From: an uncultured Spirochaetaceae bacterium
GTDB taxonomy: Bacteria; Spirochaetota; Spirochaetia; DTKZ01
Assembly: GCA_964397655.1 (NCBI GenBank)
Contig: CAYNKA010000003.1
Location: forward strand, 240,938-304,937
Length of the DNA: 64,000 nt
Direction of reading: 5' to 3'
Numbering within the stretch: position 1 is the first letter of the stretch; every line of letters begins with the position of its first letter. Shown here one piece after another: positions 7,820 to 16,651 of this stretch. The notes below the pieces were generated by a model, which was given only the letters and a program-made list of their open reading frames with translations, had not been told where the DNA came from and did not search any database. Both the position numbers and the translations under genes were made by a program.

Positions 7820-9702
7820 TCCCGGACGATCTTCTTTTTCAGGGTGTTCCGGTCGATGCCGAGGCGTTTCGCCGCACGAGACAGGTTTCCGCCCTCGCTT
7901 TCGACGACGCGCGCGACGATCCTGCGCTCGATGTCCCTCAGCGATCCCTCGACGTACGAGTCGTCAGAGCATGAGGGAGGACCGTTCAGGGACGATGTGA
8001 TGAAACGTTCCACGTAATCGGCCGCGAAGAGCTTCCTGAGTATGACGAATTTCTCGGCGACGTTTTCGAGTTCGCGCACGTTTCCCGGCCACTCGTACGC
8101 GAGCAGGTCCTTCCGGAATTCGGAGGAGATTCCTCCGTCCCCCTCGAGGGAATTCCGCGACGCGAAGACGAATACGAAGTGTTCGAACAGCGGAATGATG
8201 TCGTCCCTGCGTTCCCTGAGAGGAGGTATTCTGATGTCGAGCACGTTGAGCCTGTAGAAGAGATCCTTTCTGATGCGGCCCCTGACCATCTCTCCTTCCA
8301 AGGGGACGTTCGAAGCCGTCACGACCCGGACCGAGATGGGTACAACCCTGTCGTCGCCGATTCTCATGATCTCCCGCTCCTGGAGCACGCGGAGAAGTTT
8401 TTTCTGCAGGTGCACGTTCATCTCGTTGATTTCGTCGAGAAAGATCGTCCCGTTGTGGGCAAGCTCGAAAAGCCCGATCTTCCCACCCCTGGAAGCACCG
8501 GTGAACGCGCCTTCGGTGTAGCCGAAGAGCTCGCTTTCCAGGAGATTCGGGGGAAGGGCCCCGCAGTTTATCGCCACGAAAGGCCCGTCCGCCGAAGGGC
8601 TTTCGTTGTGGATGCTCTGGGCGAGAAGCTCCTTGCCGGTTCCTGTCTCGCCGTAGATGACGATGTTGCTCGTCGTCCCCGCGTACTGCCTCGCGACGGC
8701 CAGGCATTTCCTCATGTTCTCCGAGACGGTGAGGAAATCCTCGAAACGATACTTGGCGAACAAGCCTTTTTCATGGAGCTGTCTGCGGACTTTCTTCTCG
8801 ATGTTTTGGATCGTCCTGACTTCCTGCAGTACGGAGACTGCTCCTTCCGCCTTTCCGTTCACCACGATGGGCACGGTATTGAAGACTATCTTCCCGCCGG
8901 CGACGCCGAGGACCTGGCCGTAGGATTCCTTCTTCTCCCTGATGACCCTCGTGACGTCGAGTCCCGGGACGACCTTGTCGATCGCCTCCTCTATGGCGGT
9001 TCCGCCGGGTCGGTGCAGCAGCTCTTCCGCGGTCGGGTTGATCTGCGTCACCTTCCCTTCGGCGTCGACGGATATGATGCCTTCCTTCACGGTGTTGAGG
9101 ATCACCTTGATCCTTCCCGCGTTCTCCCTCCTGAGGTTCAGGTTCGTCACGATCGCCGCAGCCTTGTTCAAGGCGTCCCTCACGGCGTCGACGCTCGATT
9201 CGATGAGGCGGAACGCGAGGCCGGACTTCTCCGCGGTGGTCGCCGACACCATGTCGCCGATCACGCAGTCCACGCCGAGGGCCTTGGCCTCCTCGATCCT
9301 GCCCGGAACTTCGACTTCCGATTGGACCGGAAGAATGCACGCGGGGATGTGCAGGGTTCCGCAGATTTTCTGCGCGGGGACCGTGAGGCTCTCGAATCCC
9401 ACGACGGCGATTTTCCGGTTCTCCTCTGCGAAGGGGTGAAGGAGCGAGAGAAGATCGAAGAACGAAACGCCCACTTCTATGACCTGGGCTCCGAGGGTTT
9501 CACGGATGAGCTTCGCGGTCCCTCCTCGACTCACGAGGATAACGTCGTTCTTGATTTCGTTCCGTGCGATCTCCAGGCCCTGCCTCAGGTCCCCGATGCA
9601 GGTGCGGATCGGGACTCGGAATTCTCCTACGAGTCCGTCGGCGAGGTTTTTCAGCTTCGGATACGGAGCTATGAAGACGATCATAGTCTGCATGGAGATC
9701 AT
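7816..9702 (-). CDS. Sigma-54-dependent transcriptional activator of PrpR type: PrpR_N sensor, PAS, AAA+ sigma-54 interaction domain, Fis-type HTH
   Basis: ETGTGKELLAQSIH...ESELFGY and GAFTGA, C-terminal LSRAAKRLGIDRNTLKKKI, N-terminal PrpR_N-like domain. Start set at MISMQTM; the ORF extends to 9750. Confidence 0.85.
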   Translation of the reverse strand: MISMQTMIVFIAPYPKLKNLADGLVGEFRVPIRTCIGDLRQGLEIARNEIKNDVILVSRGGTAKLIRETLGAQVIEVGVSFFDLLSLLHPFAEENRKIAVVGFESLTVPAQKICGTLHIPACILPVQSEVEVPGRIEEAKALGVDCVIGDMVSATTAEKSGLAFRLIESSVDAVRDALNKAAAIVTNLNLRRENAGRIKVILNTVKEGIISVDAEGKVTQINPTAEELLHRPGGTAIEEAIDKVVPGLDVTRVIREKKESYGQVLGVAGGKIVFNTVPIVVNGKAEGAVSVLQEVRTIQNIEKKVRRQLHEKGLFAKYRFEDFLTVSENMRKCLAVARQYAGTTSNIVIYGETGTGKELLAQSIHNESPSADGPFVAINCGALPPNLLESELFGYTEGAFTGASRGGKIGLFELAHNGTIFLDEINEMNVHLQKKLLRVLQEREIMRIGDDRVVPISVRVVTASNVPLEGEMVRGRIRKDLFYRLNVLDIRIPPLRERRDDIIPLFEHFVFVFASRNSLEGDGGISSEFRKDLLAYEWPGNVRELENVAEKFVILRKLFAADYVERFITSSLNGPPSCSDDSYVEGSLRDIERRIVARVVESEGGNLSRAAKRLGIDRNTLKKKIVRD

Positions 9703-9765
9703 ACATGATTCCCTTCGAAAATGAAAGGTTGTCTCCCGATCCGAATACACGTGAGCCGTCGAAAC

Positions 9766-9791
9766 GGCCCGCTTCCCCGGGGAAGCGGGCC
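9766..9791. terminator. 26-nt perfect palindrome GGCCCGCTTCCCCGGGGAAGCGGGCC between dctM and the activator gene
   Basis: Exact self-complementary sequence. No strong U-tract follows on the minus strand, so it could be a terminator, an attenuator or a protein-binding site. Confidence 0.4.
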
Positions 9792-9804
9792 GGGGCGTCC
9801 CCGG

Positions 9805-11082
9805 TCAGTGCAGGAGCCGCACGAGAAACAGGGAAAACCCGGGAAAATTGCTGATGACGAGAAGCGCGGCTATTTCCGCTACGAGGAACGCGATGATGGG
9901 TTTCGTTATCTTCTCTATGGACAGGCCCGTCAGGCTGCAGGCGACGAACAGATTCACGGCCATGGGGGGAGTTATCATGCCGATGGAAGTGTTCACGACG
10001 ATGAGGATGCCGAGCACGAGAGGATGAATGCCGAGCTGAACGGCGAGCGGGAAGATGATGGGCGTCACGAGCAGGATGATGGCCTGGGTCTCGAGGAAGG
10101 AGCCGAGGAAAAGAAGGATCACGTTGAGGAAGAGAAGGATGACCGTCGGATTCCGCGAGACGGAGAGCATGATGTTCGCCACCTTTTCCGGGACCTGGAG
10201 CGATGTGAGAAGCCAGGAGAAGGAGGATGACGTCGCGATCACCAGGAAGACGACGGCGGTGTTCACCGACGCCTTGAGGATGATGTTGTAGATGTCCTTG
10301 AGCTTGATCTCCCTGAAGACGAAGACTCCCACGATGAATGAGTACATGGTGGCAACCGCCGCGGCCTCCGTGGGCGTGAAGATGCCTCCGTAGATGCCGC
10401 CGAGGATGATGAGAGGCATGAAGAGAGCGAGGATCGCCTCCTTTCCCGTTTTCAGGATGCGGCCGATCGAGGTCGGCTCGCCCTTCGGGAGATTCATGCG
10501 ATGGGCCTTCCACACGACTACGAGGATGAGGGACAGGGCTACGAGGAGTCCGGGCAGGATTCCGGCGATGAAGAGGTCGCCGATCGACGTGTTGGTCACG
10601 ACGCCGTAGGTCACCATGGGAATGCTCGGCGGGATGATGACGCCCAGGGTTCCGCCTGCGGCCGCGACCGCCGCGGAAAAACCGAGGGGATATCCCGCCT
10701 GAACCATCGCGGGAATCATGATGGAGCCGATCGCCGCCACGGTCGCCGGGTTGGATCCGGAGAGCGCGGCGAAGAAAGCGCAGGCGAGCACGGTTATGAT
10801 GCCGAGTCCTCCGCGGAACGAACCGATCATCGATTTCGCGAAATTCACGAGGCGCCGGGATATGCCCCCGGTTTCCATGAACCCCCCGGCGATCATGAAG
10901 AACGGGATGGCCATGAAGGGAAAGGAATCGAGGGCGGTGAACATTCTTTGGGCTATGAGAAGCGGAGGGGTCGGCATGGTCCCGAATGCGAGAGCCGCTA
11001 TCCCGGCGAGTCCGAGGGAAACGCCGATGGGTACGTTGATGACCAGAAGGAGGACGAAGACTCCGAAGAGAATTGCTTCCAT
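9805..11082 (-). CDS. dctM: TRAP transporter large permease subunit
   Basis: Typical DctM N-terminus and about 12 TM helices. Directly follows dctQ. Confidence 0.9.
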   Translation of the reverse strand: MEAILFGVFVLLLVINVPIGVSLGLAGIAALAFGTMPTPPLLIAQRMFTALDSFPFMAIPFFMIAGGFMETGGISRRLVNFAKSMIGSFRGGLGIITVLACAFFAALSGSNPATVAAIGSIMIPAMVQAGYPLGFSAAVAAAGGTLGVIIPPSIPMVTYGVVTNTSIGDLFIAGILPGLLVALSLILVVVWKAHRMNLPKGEPTSIGRILKTGKEAILALFMPLIILGGIYGGIFTPTEAAAVATMYSFIVGVFVFREIKLKDIYNIILKASVNTAVVFLVIATSSSFSWLLTSLQVPEKVANIMLSVSRNPTVILLFLNVILLFLGSFLETQAIILLVTPIIFPLAVQLGIHPLVLGILIVVNTSIGMITPPMAVNLFVACSLTGLSIEKITKPIIAFLVAEIAALLVISNFPGFSLFLVRLLH

Positions 11083-11086
11083 GTTC

Positions 11087-11599
11087 TCAGCCCTCCTTCC
11101 GTTCGGGTTCTTTCTCCGGATTCGCCCGCCTCTCGGCCTTTATCAGTCCCTGCACGCATCGGATCGTCATGAGGATCATTCCCACCGGAATCGCGGCGTA
11201 GGCAACCCAGATGGGGATTCGCAGAGCGGGCGAAACCTGTTCGGTCGCGATCTGCGAACTTATGATCTGATACGCGAAAAAAGCCACGAGAACGTTGAAC
11301 AGGATGATTACGACCGCCCTGAGCAGATCGAAGTACGGCCTCGCCCCGTTCGGCAGCAGGGAGACGAAGGCCGCGACGCCGATGTGGGCGTTCCGCTTGA
11401 TTCCGAGGCTCGCGCCCACGAAGCCGATCCACACCATGCAGTACCGGGCGAGCTCCTCAGCCCAGGTAATGGAGCTGTTCGAGAGATACCGCACGCAGGT
11501 CGCGGCGAATATCGTCAGGACCATCACGGGAACCAGGACGACCAGGATGTACTCTTCGATTCGATTGAGCCGTGACAACGTGATTTCCCCCTTTCGCAA
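11087..11599 (-). CDS. dctQ: TRAP transporter small permease subunit
   Basis: 170 aa with 4 TM helices, between dctP and dctM. Confidence 0.8.
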   Translation of the reverse strand: MRKGEITLSRLNRIEEYILVVLVPVMVLTIFAATCVRYLSNSSITWAEELARYCMVWIGFVGASLGIKRNAHIGVAAFVSLLPNGARPYFDLLRAVVIILFNVLVAFFAYQIISSQIATEQVSPALRIPIWVAYAAIPVGMILMTIRCVQGLIKAERRANPEKEPERKEG

Positions 11600-11653
11600 C
11601 GAGCGCGGGCCGGACGAAGCGCGGGCGGGAACCGCCCGCGCCCGACTCCGCGG

Positions 11654-12676
11654 TCAACCTTTGATCTTGTCGATCAGTTCTTTCCCGATTTCCGCCTCGA
11701 ATTTCTTGTAGACTGCCTCCGTCGCCTTCTGGAAAACGGCCTTGTCAGGCGTCGTCACTTCCATGCCGGCTTTTTTGAGTTCGTCCACGATCTTCTTCTC
11801 GCTTTCGATGATGAAGTTGCGTTCGAAGTCGCGGGCTTCCTTCGCCCCGTCGAGGAGGGCCTTCTGCTGATCGGGCGTGAAGCCCTTGAACAGCTTCTCG
11901 TTGACCATGAGGACCGCCGGGGAATAGAAATGCCCCGTGAGGGCCAGATGCTTCTGCACTTCGTAGAACTTGCTGGTCTTGATGATGAGGAGCGGATTCT
12001 CCTGCCCGTCCATCGTCTTCTGCTGCAGAGCGGTGAACAGCTCGCCGAAGGGCATCGGAGAAGGATTGGCGCCGAGGGTACGGAAAGTCTCCAGATGGAC
12101 GGGATTTTCCATGGTCCTGATCTTGAGTCCGGCGAGGTCCTTGGGGGTATTGATCGCCCTCTTCGAGTTCGTGATGTGGCGGAATCCGTTCTCGAAGAAC
12201 ACGAGCCCCTTGATCCCCTTCACGGTGAGGGAGTCGAGCATCTTCTGCCCCGTCTCACCGTCGAGGATCGGGAAGAATTTTCCGCGGTCCTGGACGATGA
12301 AGGGAAGATCGAAGACCATGAAGGACTTGGAGAAATTGGGAATGGGACCGGTGGAAGATAGGCACATCTCGATGGTGCCGAGGGAGATGCCCTCGATGAG
12401 GTCCCGTTCGTTGCCGAGCTTGGAGTTTCCGAACACCTGCACGTCCAGGGATCCGCCGGATTTCGCCTTCACGAGTTCGGCCAGCTTCGCAAGGCCGACG
12501 CCGTAGTGGGAGTCCTCGGTGAGCGTATGCCCGACGCGCAGGACGACCGCCTTGGGCGCTGCCGCTTTTTGCTCCGCGGCCTTGGCCTCCCCCGCGGCCG
12601 GCTTCTTTTCGCCTCCGCAGGAAAGGAGTCCGGCGATCAACGCGAACACCGTCAGAATAATGGTTGCCTTCTTCAT
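11654..12676 (-). CDS. dctP: TRAP transporter substrate-binding protein (lipoprotein-type signal peptide)
   Basis: LLSC lipobox, DctP-family length and motifs, gene order dctPQM. Confidence 0.88.
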   Translation of the reverse strand: MKKATIILTVFALIAGLLSCGGEKKPAAGEAKAAEQKAAAPKAVVLRVGHTLTEDSHYGVGLAKLAELVKAKSGGSLDVQVFGNSKLGNERDLIEGISLGTIEMCLSSTGPIPNFSKSFMVFDLPFIVQDRGKFFPILDGETGQKMLDSLTVKGIKGLVFFENGFRHITNSKRAINTPKDLAGLKIRTMENPVHLETFRTLGANPSPMPFGELFTALQQKTMDGQENPLLIIKTSKFYEVQKHLALTGHFYSPAVLMVNEKLFKGFTPDQQKALLDGAKEARDFERNFIIESEKKIVDELKKAGMEVTTPDKAVFQKATEAVYKKFEAEIGKELIDKIKG

Positions 12677-12747
12677 CGCATCAAACCTCCTTGGAAATAT
12701 GTACCGGGCTTATACCGCCCGGGATTCACCGTGTAAAACGCCGGTCC

Positions 12748-14028
12748 CTACGGATTCTCCGGCACGACCGGCAGCATGTCGGGCGCATGGGTGAGAACGG
12801 TCACCGCCGCTCCGCCGCCCTTTCGCCGCAATGCCTCGTCGAAGGCCGACTGGAGATCCGGGAACCACGCGAAGCCGAGCTTGTCGGCCGCCCCGCGATC
12901 GATGCCGTCCGAAACGATGAAGACCGTCTCGCGTTCCTTCACCTGCGCCCAGGCGATGGCGAGCGCCGCCGCCACATCGTCGCCGGCCTTTCCGGCTTCG
13001 ACGAGGGCCCGGATCTCGGCCGAGGATTTCCGGGTGACGTCCAGCATCTCGCCGTGGGTTTTCGCGACTCCCTCGTAACATGGAGTCAGGAGCACGATGA
13101 TGCCTCCCTTCTTCACGGCCAGGTCCGAGGGATAGAGGGTCTTGTGGGCCTGCCAGAACTCGATGTCGCAGGGATGCGAACCCGATACCACGATGTCCGC
13201 GGCCCTGGGTATCGCCGCTGAATAGACCTCGACGCAGCGCTTCACGCCCCGGCGGAAGGCGGCTTCCACGTCGCCGAAGAAGGCTTCGACGACCTCGCCG
13301 TGCCGGTTGAGGACCGTGTTCAGGATCGTCCCGAGCCCGATCTTCCGGGCGATGGCGTCGAGTTCGGCCCGGACCGGATTGTCGAGAACGCCGAGGTAGG
13401 ACCGCGGGGCCCTCACCGAGAGAAGGTGGGTGTGCGCCGTCGTCACCTCTCCGGAGACGCCGGGCTGCACGATCTTGGCCCCGCCCGCGAAGCCGGGGAT
13501 GTGATGGGGAACGATGCTCCCCACGCCGATCTTGAAGTCGGCCTCGCAGACTTCGCGGTTCACGAGGATCCTGGTCCCGTTCGGCGTGGAGCCGAGATCG
13601 ACGAGGGCCGAAGGGTCCTTGTAGGGATGGTTCTTGATCTCGATGCGTCTCACCGTGTCGGGTCCGAACTTCGCGAGGATCTCCCCGTCGGTCATGAAGC
13701 GATGGGTGCCGAGGGCGATGATCAGCGTCACGGCACGGTCCGGGACGCCCGCGGCGTTGAGCTCGTCGAGCAGGACGGGCAGGATGAGGTCGGTCGGCGT
13801 CTGCCTCGTATTGTCGTCCGCGACGATCACGACCTTCTTCTTGCCGCGGGCGAGCTCTCCGAGGCCCGGAGAGCCCACGGGAGCCGCGAGGGCTCTCCGG
13901 ATTTCGGCTCCGACGTCCCGGACCGGGGGTACGTCCTTCGGCGAAAAAACGCCGATCAGGTTCTTCGAAGGTATGCGTACGGACCGCGTTTCCTTTCCGT
14001 ACGGCAGCTTGACCTCGGTCGATTCCAC
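12748..14028 (-). CDS. LarA-family (nickel-pincer nucleotide-dependent) alpha-hydroxyacid racemase/epimerase homolog, DUF2088
   Basis: Full-length similarity to lactate racemase LarA, about 426 aa. GTG start with AAGGAGG RBS. The ORF's extension to 14913 is a GC artefact that overlaps pdxA2. Confidence 0.75.
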   Translation of the reverse strand: MESTEVKLPYGKETRSVRIPSKNLIGVFSPKDVPPVRDVGAEIRRALAAPVGSPGLGELARGKKKVVIVADDNTRQTPTDLILPVLLDELNAAGVPDRAVTLIIALGTHRFMTDGEILAKFGPDTVRRIEIKNHPYKDPSALVDLGSTPNGTRILVNREVCEADFKIGVGSIVPHHIPGFAGGAKIVQPGVSGEVTTAHTHLLSVRAPRSYLGVLDNPVRAELDAIARKIGLGTILNTVLNRHGEVVEAFFGDVEAAFRRGVKRCVEVYSAAIPRAADIVVSGSHPCDIEFWQAHKTLYPSDLAVKKGGIIVLLTPCYEGVAKTHGEMLDVTRKSSAEIRALVEAGKAGDDVAAALAIAWAQVKERETVFIVSDGIDRGAADKLGFAWFPDLQSAFDEALRRKGGGAAVTVLTHAPDMLPVVPENP

Positions 14029-14082
14029 CTTGCCCTCCTTTCGATTCTCCGCTCGTCGAGCGTTTCCCTTGCCGCGTGCCGG

Positions 14083-14099
14083 CTCCCCGCTTCGGGGAG
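14083..14099 (-). other. Intercistronic GC hairpin (CTCCCCG ctt CGGGGAG) between pdxA2 and the larA-like gene
   Basis: 7-bp perfect stem, no U-tract; likely an mRNA structure rather than a terminator. Confidence 0.4.
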
Positions 14100-14111
14100 G
14101 GCCCGCGCCGG

Positions 14112-15143
14112 CTAGAGGCCGAATTTCCTCTTCGCCATTCTTATCGCGAGATCGATCGCGTCCACGAGGCTCTCCTCGTTCGCCCGCCCCTCCCCGGCCT
14201 TCCCGAAGGCGGTCCCGTGGTCCACCGAGGTGCGGATGACCGGCAGTCCGATCGTGCAGTTGATGCCGCTCACGGAGGTGTACTTGTTCGTGGCCGTGTC
14301 GAGCCTGAACCCGTTCAGCTTGAGCGGGATGTGGCCCTGGTCGTGGTACATCGCGACGACGATATCGTACTGGCCGGCCAAGGCCTTCACGAAGACCGTG
14401 TCCGGGGGCACCGGCCCGTCGACGGTCATGCCGAGTCTCCTCGCCTCCTCGATCGCGGGTATGATCTCCTTCGCCTCCTCGTCGCCGAACAGCCCGTTCT
14501 CCGAGGCGTGGGCGTTGAGCCCCGCCACCGCGATCCTCGGCGAGAGGATGTCGACGGCTTTCATGGCCTCGTCCGCGAGGCGGATGACGTTGAGCACCCT
14601 TTCCTTCCGGATGAGGTCGCAGGCCTGCCTCATGGACACGTGGGTCGTGGCGTGGATGACCCTGAGCCCCTTGTTCGCGAGCATCATGGCGAAATTCTTC
14701 GTGCCGGTCAGGTCGGCGAAGATCTCGGTGTGTCCGGAATAATGGTAGCCGGCCATGAACAGGGCCTCCTTGTTGATGGGCCCGGTCACGACCGCATGTA
14801 TCTCCTTCCCGAGCGCGAGCTCGATTCCGGTTTTCACGTAGGCGAAGGCGGCCTTCCCCGCGAGGGCGCTCACTTTCTTGTATTCCCAGCTTCTCGGCGG
14901 GAGAAGCCCGCAATCGATGAAATCCACGAAACCGAATTCCCCCTTCGCCTCCGAAGCCCGGCCTATCCTGTTGAGCCGTAGGGGACTCTTCGTGAACTCC
15001 GCCGCATCCTTGAGGGGCTCGCTGTCGCCGATGACGAGGGGCGTGCAGGTTTCGTAGAGTCTTTCGTGGGCGAGAGCCTTTACGGCTATTTCCGGTCCTA
15101 TTCCGGCCGGATCGCCCATCGTTATTCCGATTATGGGTTTCAT
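14112..15143 (-). CDS. pdxA2: PdxA-family 4-hydroxythreonine-4-phosphate dehydrogenase (PdxA2-like, acid-sugar catabolism)
   Basis: MKPIIGITMGDPAGIGPEI N-terminus and conserved PdxA motifs. ATGA overlap with the upstream kinase gene. Confidence 0.85.
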   Translation of the reverse strand: MKPIIGITMGDPAGIGPEIAVKALAHERLYETCTPLVIGDSEPLKDAAEFTKSPLRLNRIGRASEAKGEFGFVDFIDCGLLPPRSWEYKKVSALAGKAAFAYVKTGIELALGKEIHAVVTGPINKEALFMAGYHYSGHTEIFADLTGTKNFAMMLANKGLRVIHATTHVSMRQACDLIRKERVLNVIRLADEAMKAVDILSPRIAVAGLNAHASENGLFGDEEAKEIIPAIEEARRLGMTVDGPVPPDTVFVKALAGQYDIVVAMYHDQGHIPLKLNGFRLDTATNKYTSVSGINCTIGLPVIRTSVDHGTAFGKAGEGRANEESLVDAIDLAIRMAKRKFGL

Positions 15144-16477
15144 GTGGTACGATGGCTCCTTTGTTCTTTTCTCGATGAAGCGGACCCTCCGGATCCTTCC
15201 GTGAGGTACCGCAGGACGTCCGGCATCGCGTCCTCGTCTCCGAAGCCGCCGGACTTTGAAACGATGTAGATCGGATCTTCGGCGTAGGGGCTCGCGAACC
15301 TCCCCAGCGGAATCCCGGGCGAAACCTCGTCGAGCAGCTCGATCCCCTTGATTTCGAGAGCCTCCGCGATCCCGGCCGCGGTGTTGCCCCCGGTCACGAA
15401 CAGGGCCCTGACGCGCCGCTCGGTGAGGAGTTCGCGGACGAGCCCGCCGAGGAACGAGGCGACCCGTTCCCCGAGTTCCTTTTCATGGCAGCCTCGGGAC
15501 CGGGCGAAGGCCAGGTCGCCCCGGATGTCTTCCGCCGACTCGAAGGTCCTGATCAGCACCGGGAGGGAAGCGGAGGCGCGCTTAGCCTCCTCGATCAGCC
15601 TGGAGAATTCCCTCCCGGGGTTCCCGAGCAGGTCGGGGATCGAAAGTCTCACCGGAACGGCGTCCGAGGATGAAAGCAGCCGTTCCGTCTGCATCCTGCT
15701 CGTCTCGGTCACGCTGCCCACGACGAACAGGATCCTTCCGGCCTCGACGGAAACCGGCGGACCCGGAGGAAGTTCCGATTTCGATTCCGCGGTCAGGGCC
15801 TCGGCCAGGCCCGAGGCTCCGGCGAAGAGGACGGCAGGGTCGTCCTTCATCGAGGCCGCCGCCCTGAGGTCTTCGATCGTCTCGGCGTCGCACACGACGA
15901 TCCGGGCGCCGGCCTCCGCGAGGGAGGAGAAGCGGGTGCGGAACGCCGGCCCGCCGCTCCGCACGACGCCGAGATCGATCGACGCGACCTTTCCCGGGAA
16001 CCGTCTCTCGAACAACTCGGGGACCGAGGAGTTCCGCACCGGGTTGAAGGGATCCCGGCCGGTATTCGAATCGCTGATGGGAACGCCGCGGACGAGGCAC
16101 CTGCCGCCTACCACGGTCCTGCCGTTCCTCGGAGCCGCGGGCGCCACGAGCGCGCAACGGTAGTCCGAGGAGTCCAGCACGGCCTGTATCTCCGCCGCCA
16201 CGTTGCCCCGGATCGTGGAATCGATCTTCTTGAAGATCCTTCCGTCACGCCCGGCGGGGCATTTCAGGACGATGTCCCTGACGGTCGCGTAGCTCGTCTC
16301 CTCGTCCAGGAAGCGCGAATCGGAGTTCACGACGAACACGTCGCAGGGGCCGAAATCCGAACCCGAGGACCAGCCTTGCAGGGCGAGGAATACGGACGCG
16401 CCCGTTTTCCTGAACTGGATGGCGGCGTCACCGGCGCCGGTGAAGTCGTCCGCTATGATGCACAGCCTATGGGTCAT
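15140..16477 (-). CDS. Four-carbon acid-sugar kinase family (DUF1537/DUF1357; OtnK/DtnK-like)
   Basis: N-terminal CIIADDFTGAGDAA signature of the family. Adjacent to pdxA2, as in described threonate/erythronate pathways. Confidence 0.85.
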   Translation of the reverse strand: MTHRLCIIADDFTGAGDAAIQFRKTGASVFLALQGWSSGSDFGPCDVFVVNSDSRFLDEETSYATVRDIVLKCPAGRDGRIFKKIDSTIRGNVAAEIQAVLDSSDYRCALVAPAAPRNGRTVVGGRCLVRGVPISDSNTGRDPFNPVRNSSVPELFERRFPGKVASIDLGVVRSGGPAFRTRFSSLAEAGARIVVCDAETIEDLRAAASMKDDPAVLFAGASGLAEALTAESKSELPPGPPVSVEAGRILFVVGSVTETSRMQTERLLSSSDAVPVRLSIPDLLGNPGREFSRLIEEAKRASASLPVLIRTFESAEDIRGDLAFARSRGCHEKELGERVASFLGGLVRELLTERRVRALFVTGGNTAAGIAEALEIKGIELLDEVSPGIPLGRFASPYAEDPIYIVSKSGGFGDEDAMPDVLRYLTEGSGGSASSRKEQRSHRTT

Positions 16478-16488
16478 GGTGAATAAAA

Positions 16489-16504
16489 AGCAAGCGGCAT
16501 GCCA
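16489..16504 (-). promoter_or_regulatory. Sigma-54 promoter TGGCAT-gccgc-TTGCT (-24/-12) upstream of the kinase-pdxA2-larA-dctPQM operon
   Basis: Reverse complement of 16489-16504 is TGGCATGCCGCTTGCT, matching TGGCAC-N5-TTGCW. The GC of the -12 element lies only ~13 nt upstream of the ATG at 16477. Confidence 0.65.
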
Positions 16505-16651
16505 GGTTCAGGACATACGCGGAATATTATTATCTCCTTGCAGGCGTTACGGTTACTGCATGAAATCGTTCCGATATCGGTGGAACGAGGATGCTTCGCG
16601 CCGTCCCGCGAGAAAATTCCGCGGCATTTCTCACCACCTGCGGTGAAATTC

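Noticed and set aside
12748-14913. 721-aa ORF; similarly the 469-aa (16652-18061), 640-aa (19829-21751), 512-aa (25388-26926) and 469-aa (22303-23712) ORFs
   Set aside because: Only the downstream portions carry domain motifs. The upstream extensions overlap neighbouring genes on the same or opposite strand and lack motifs. Internal starts with RBS and translational coupling define the real genes.
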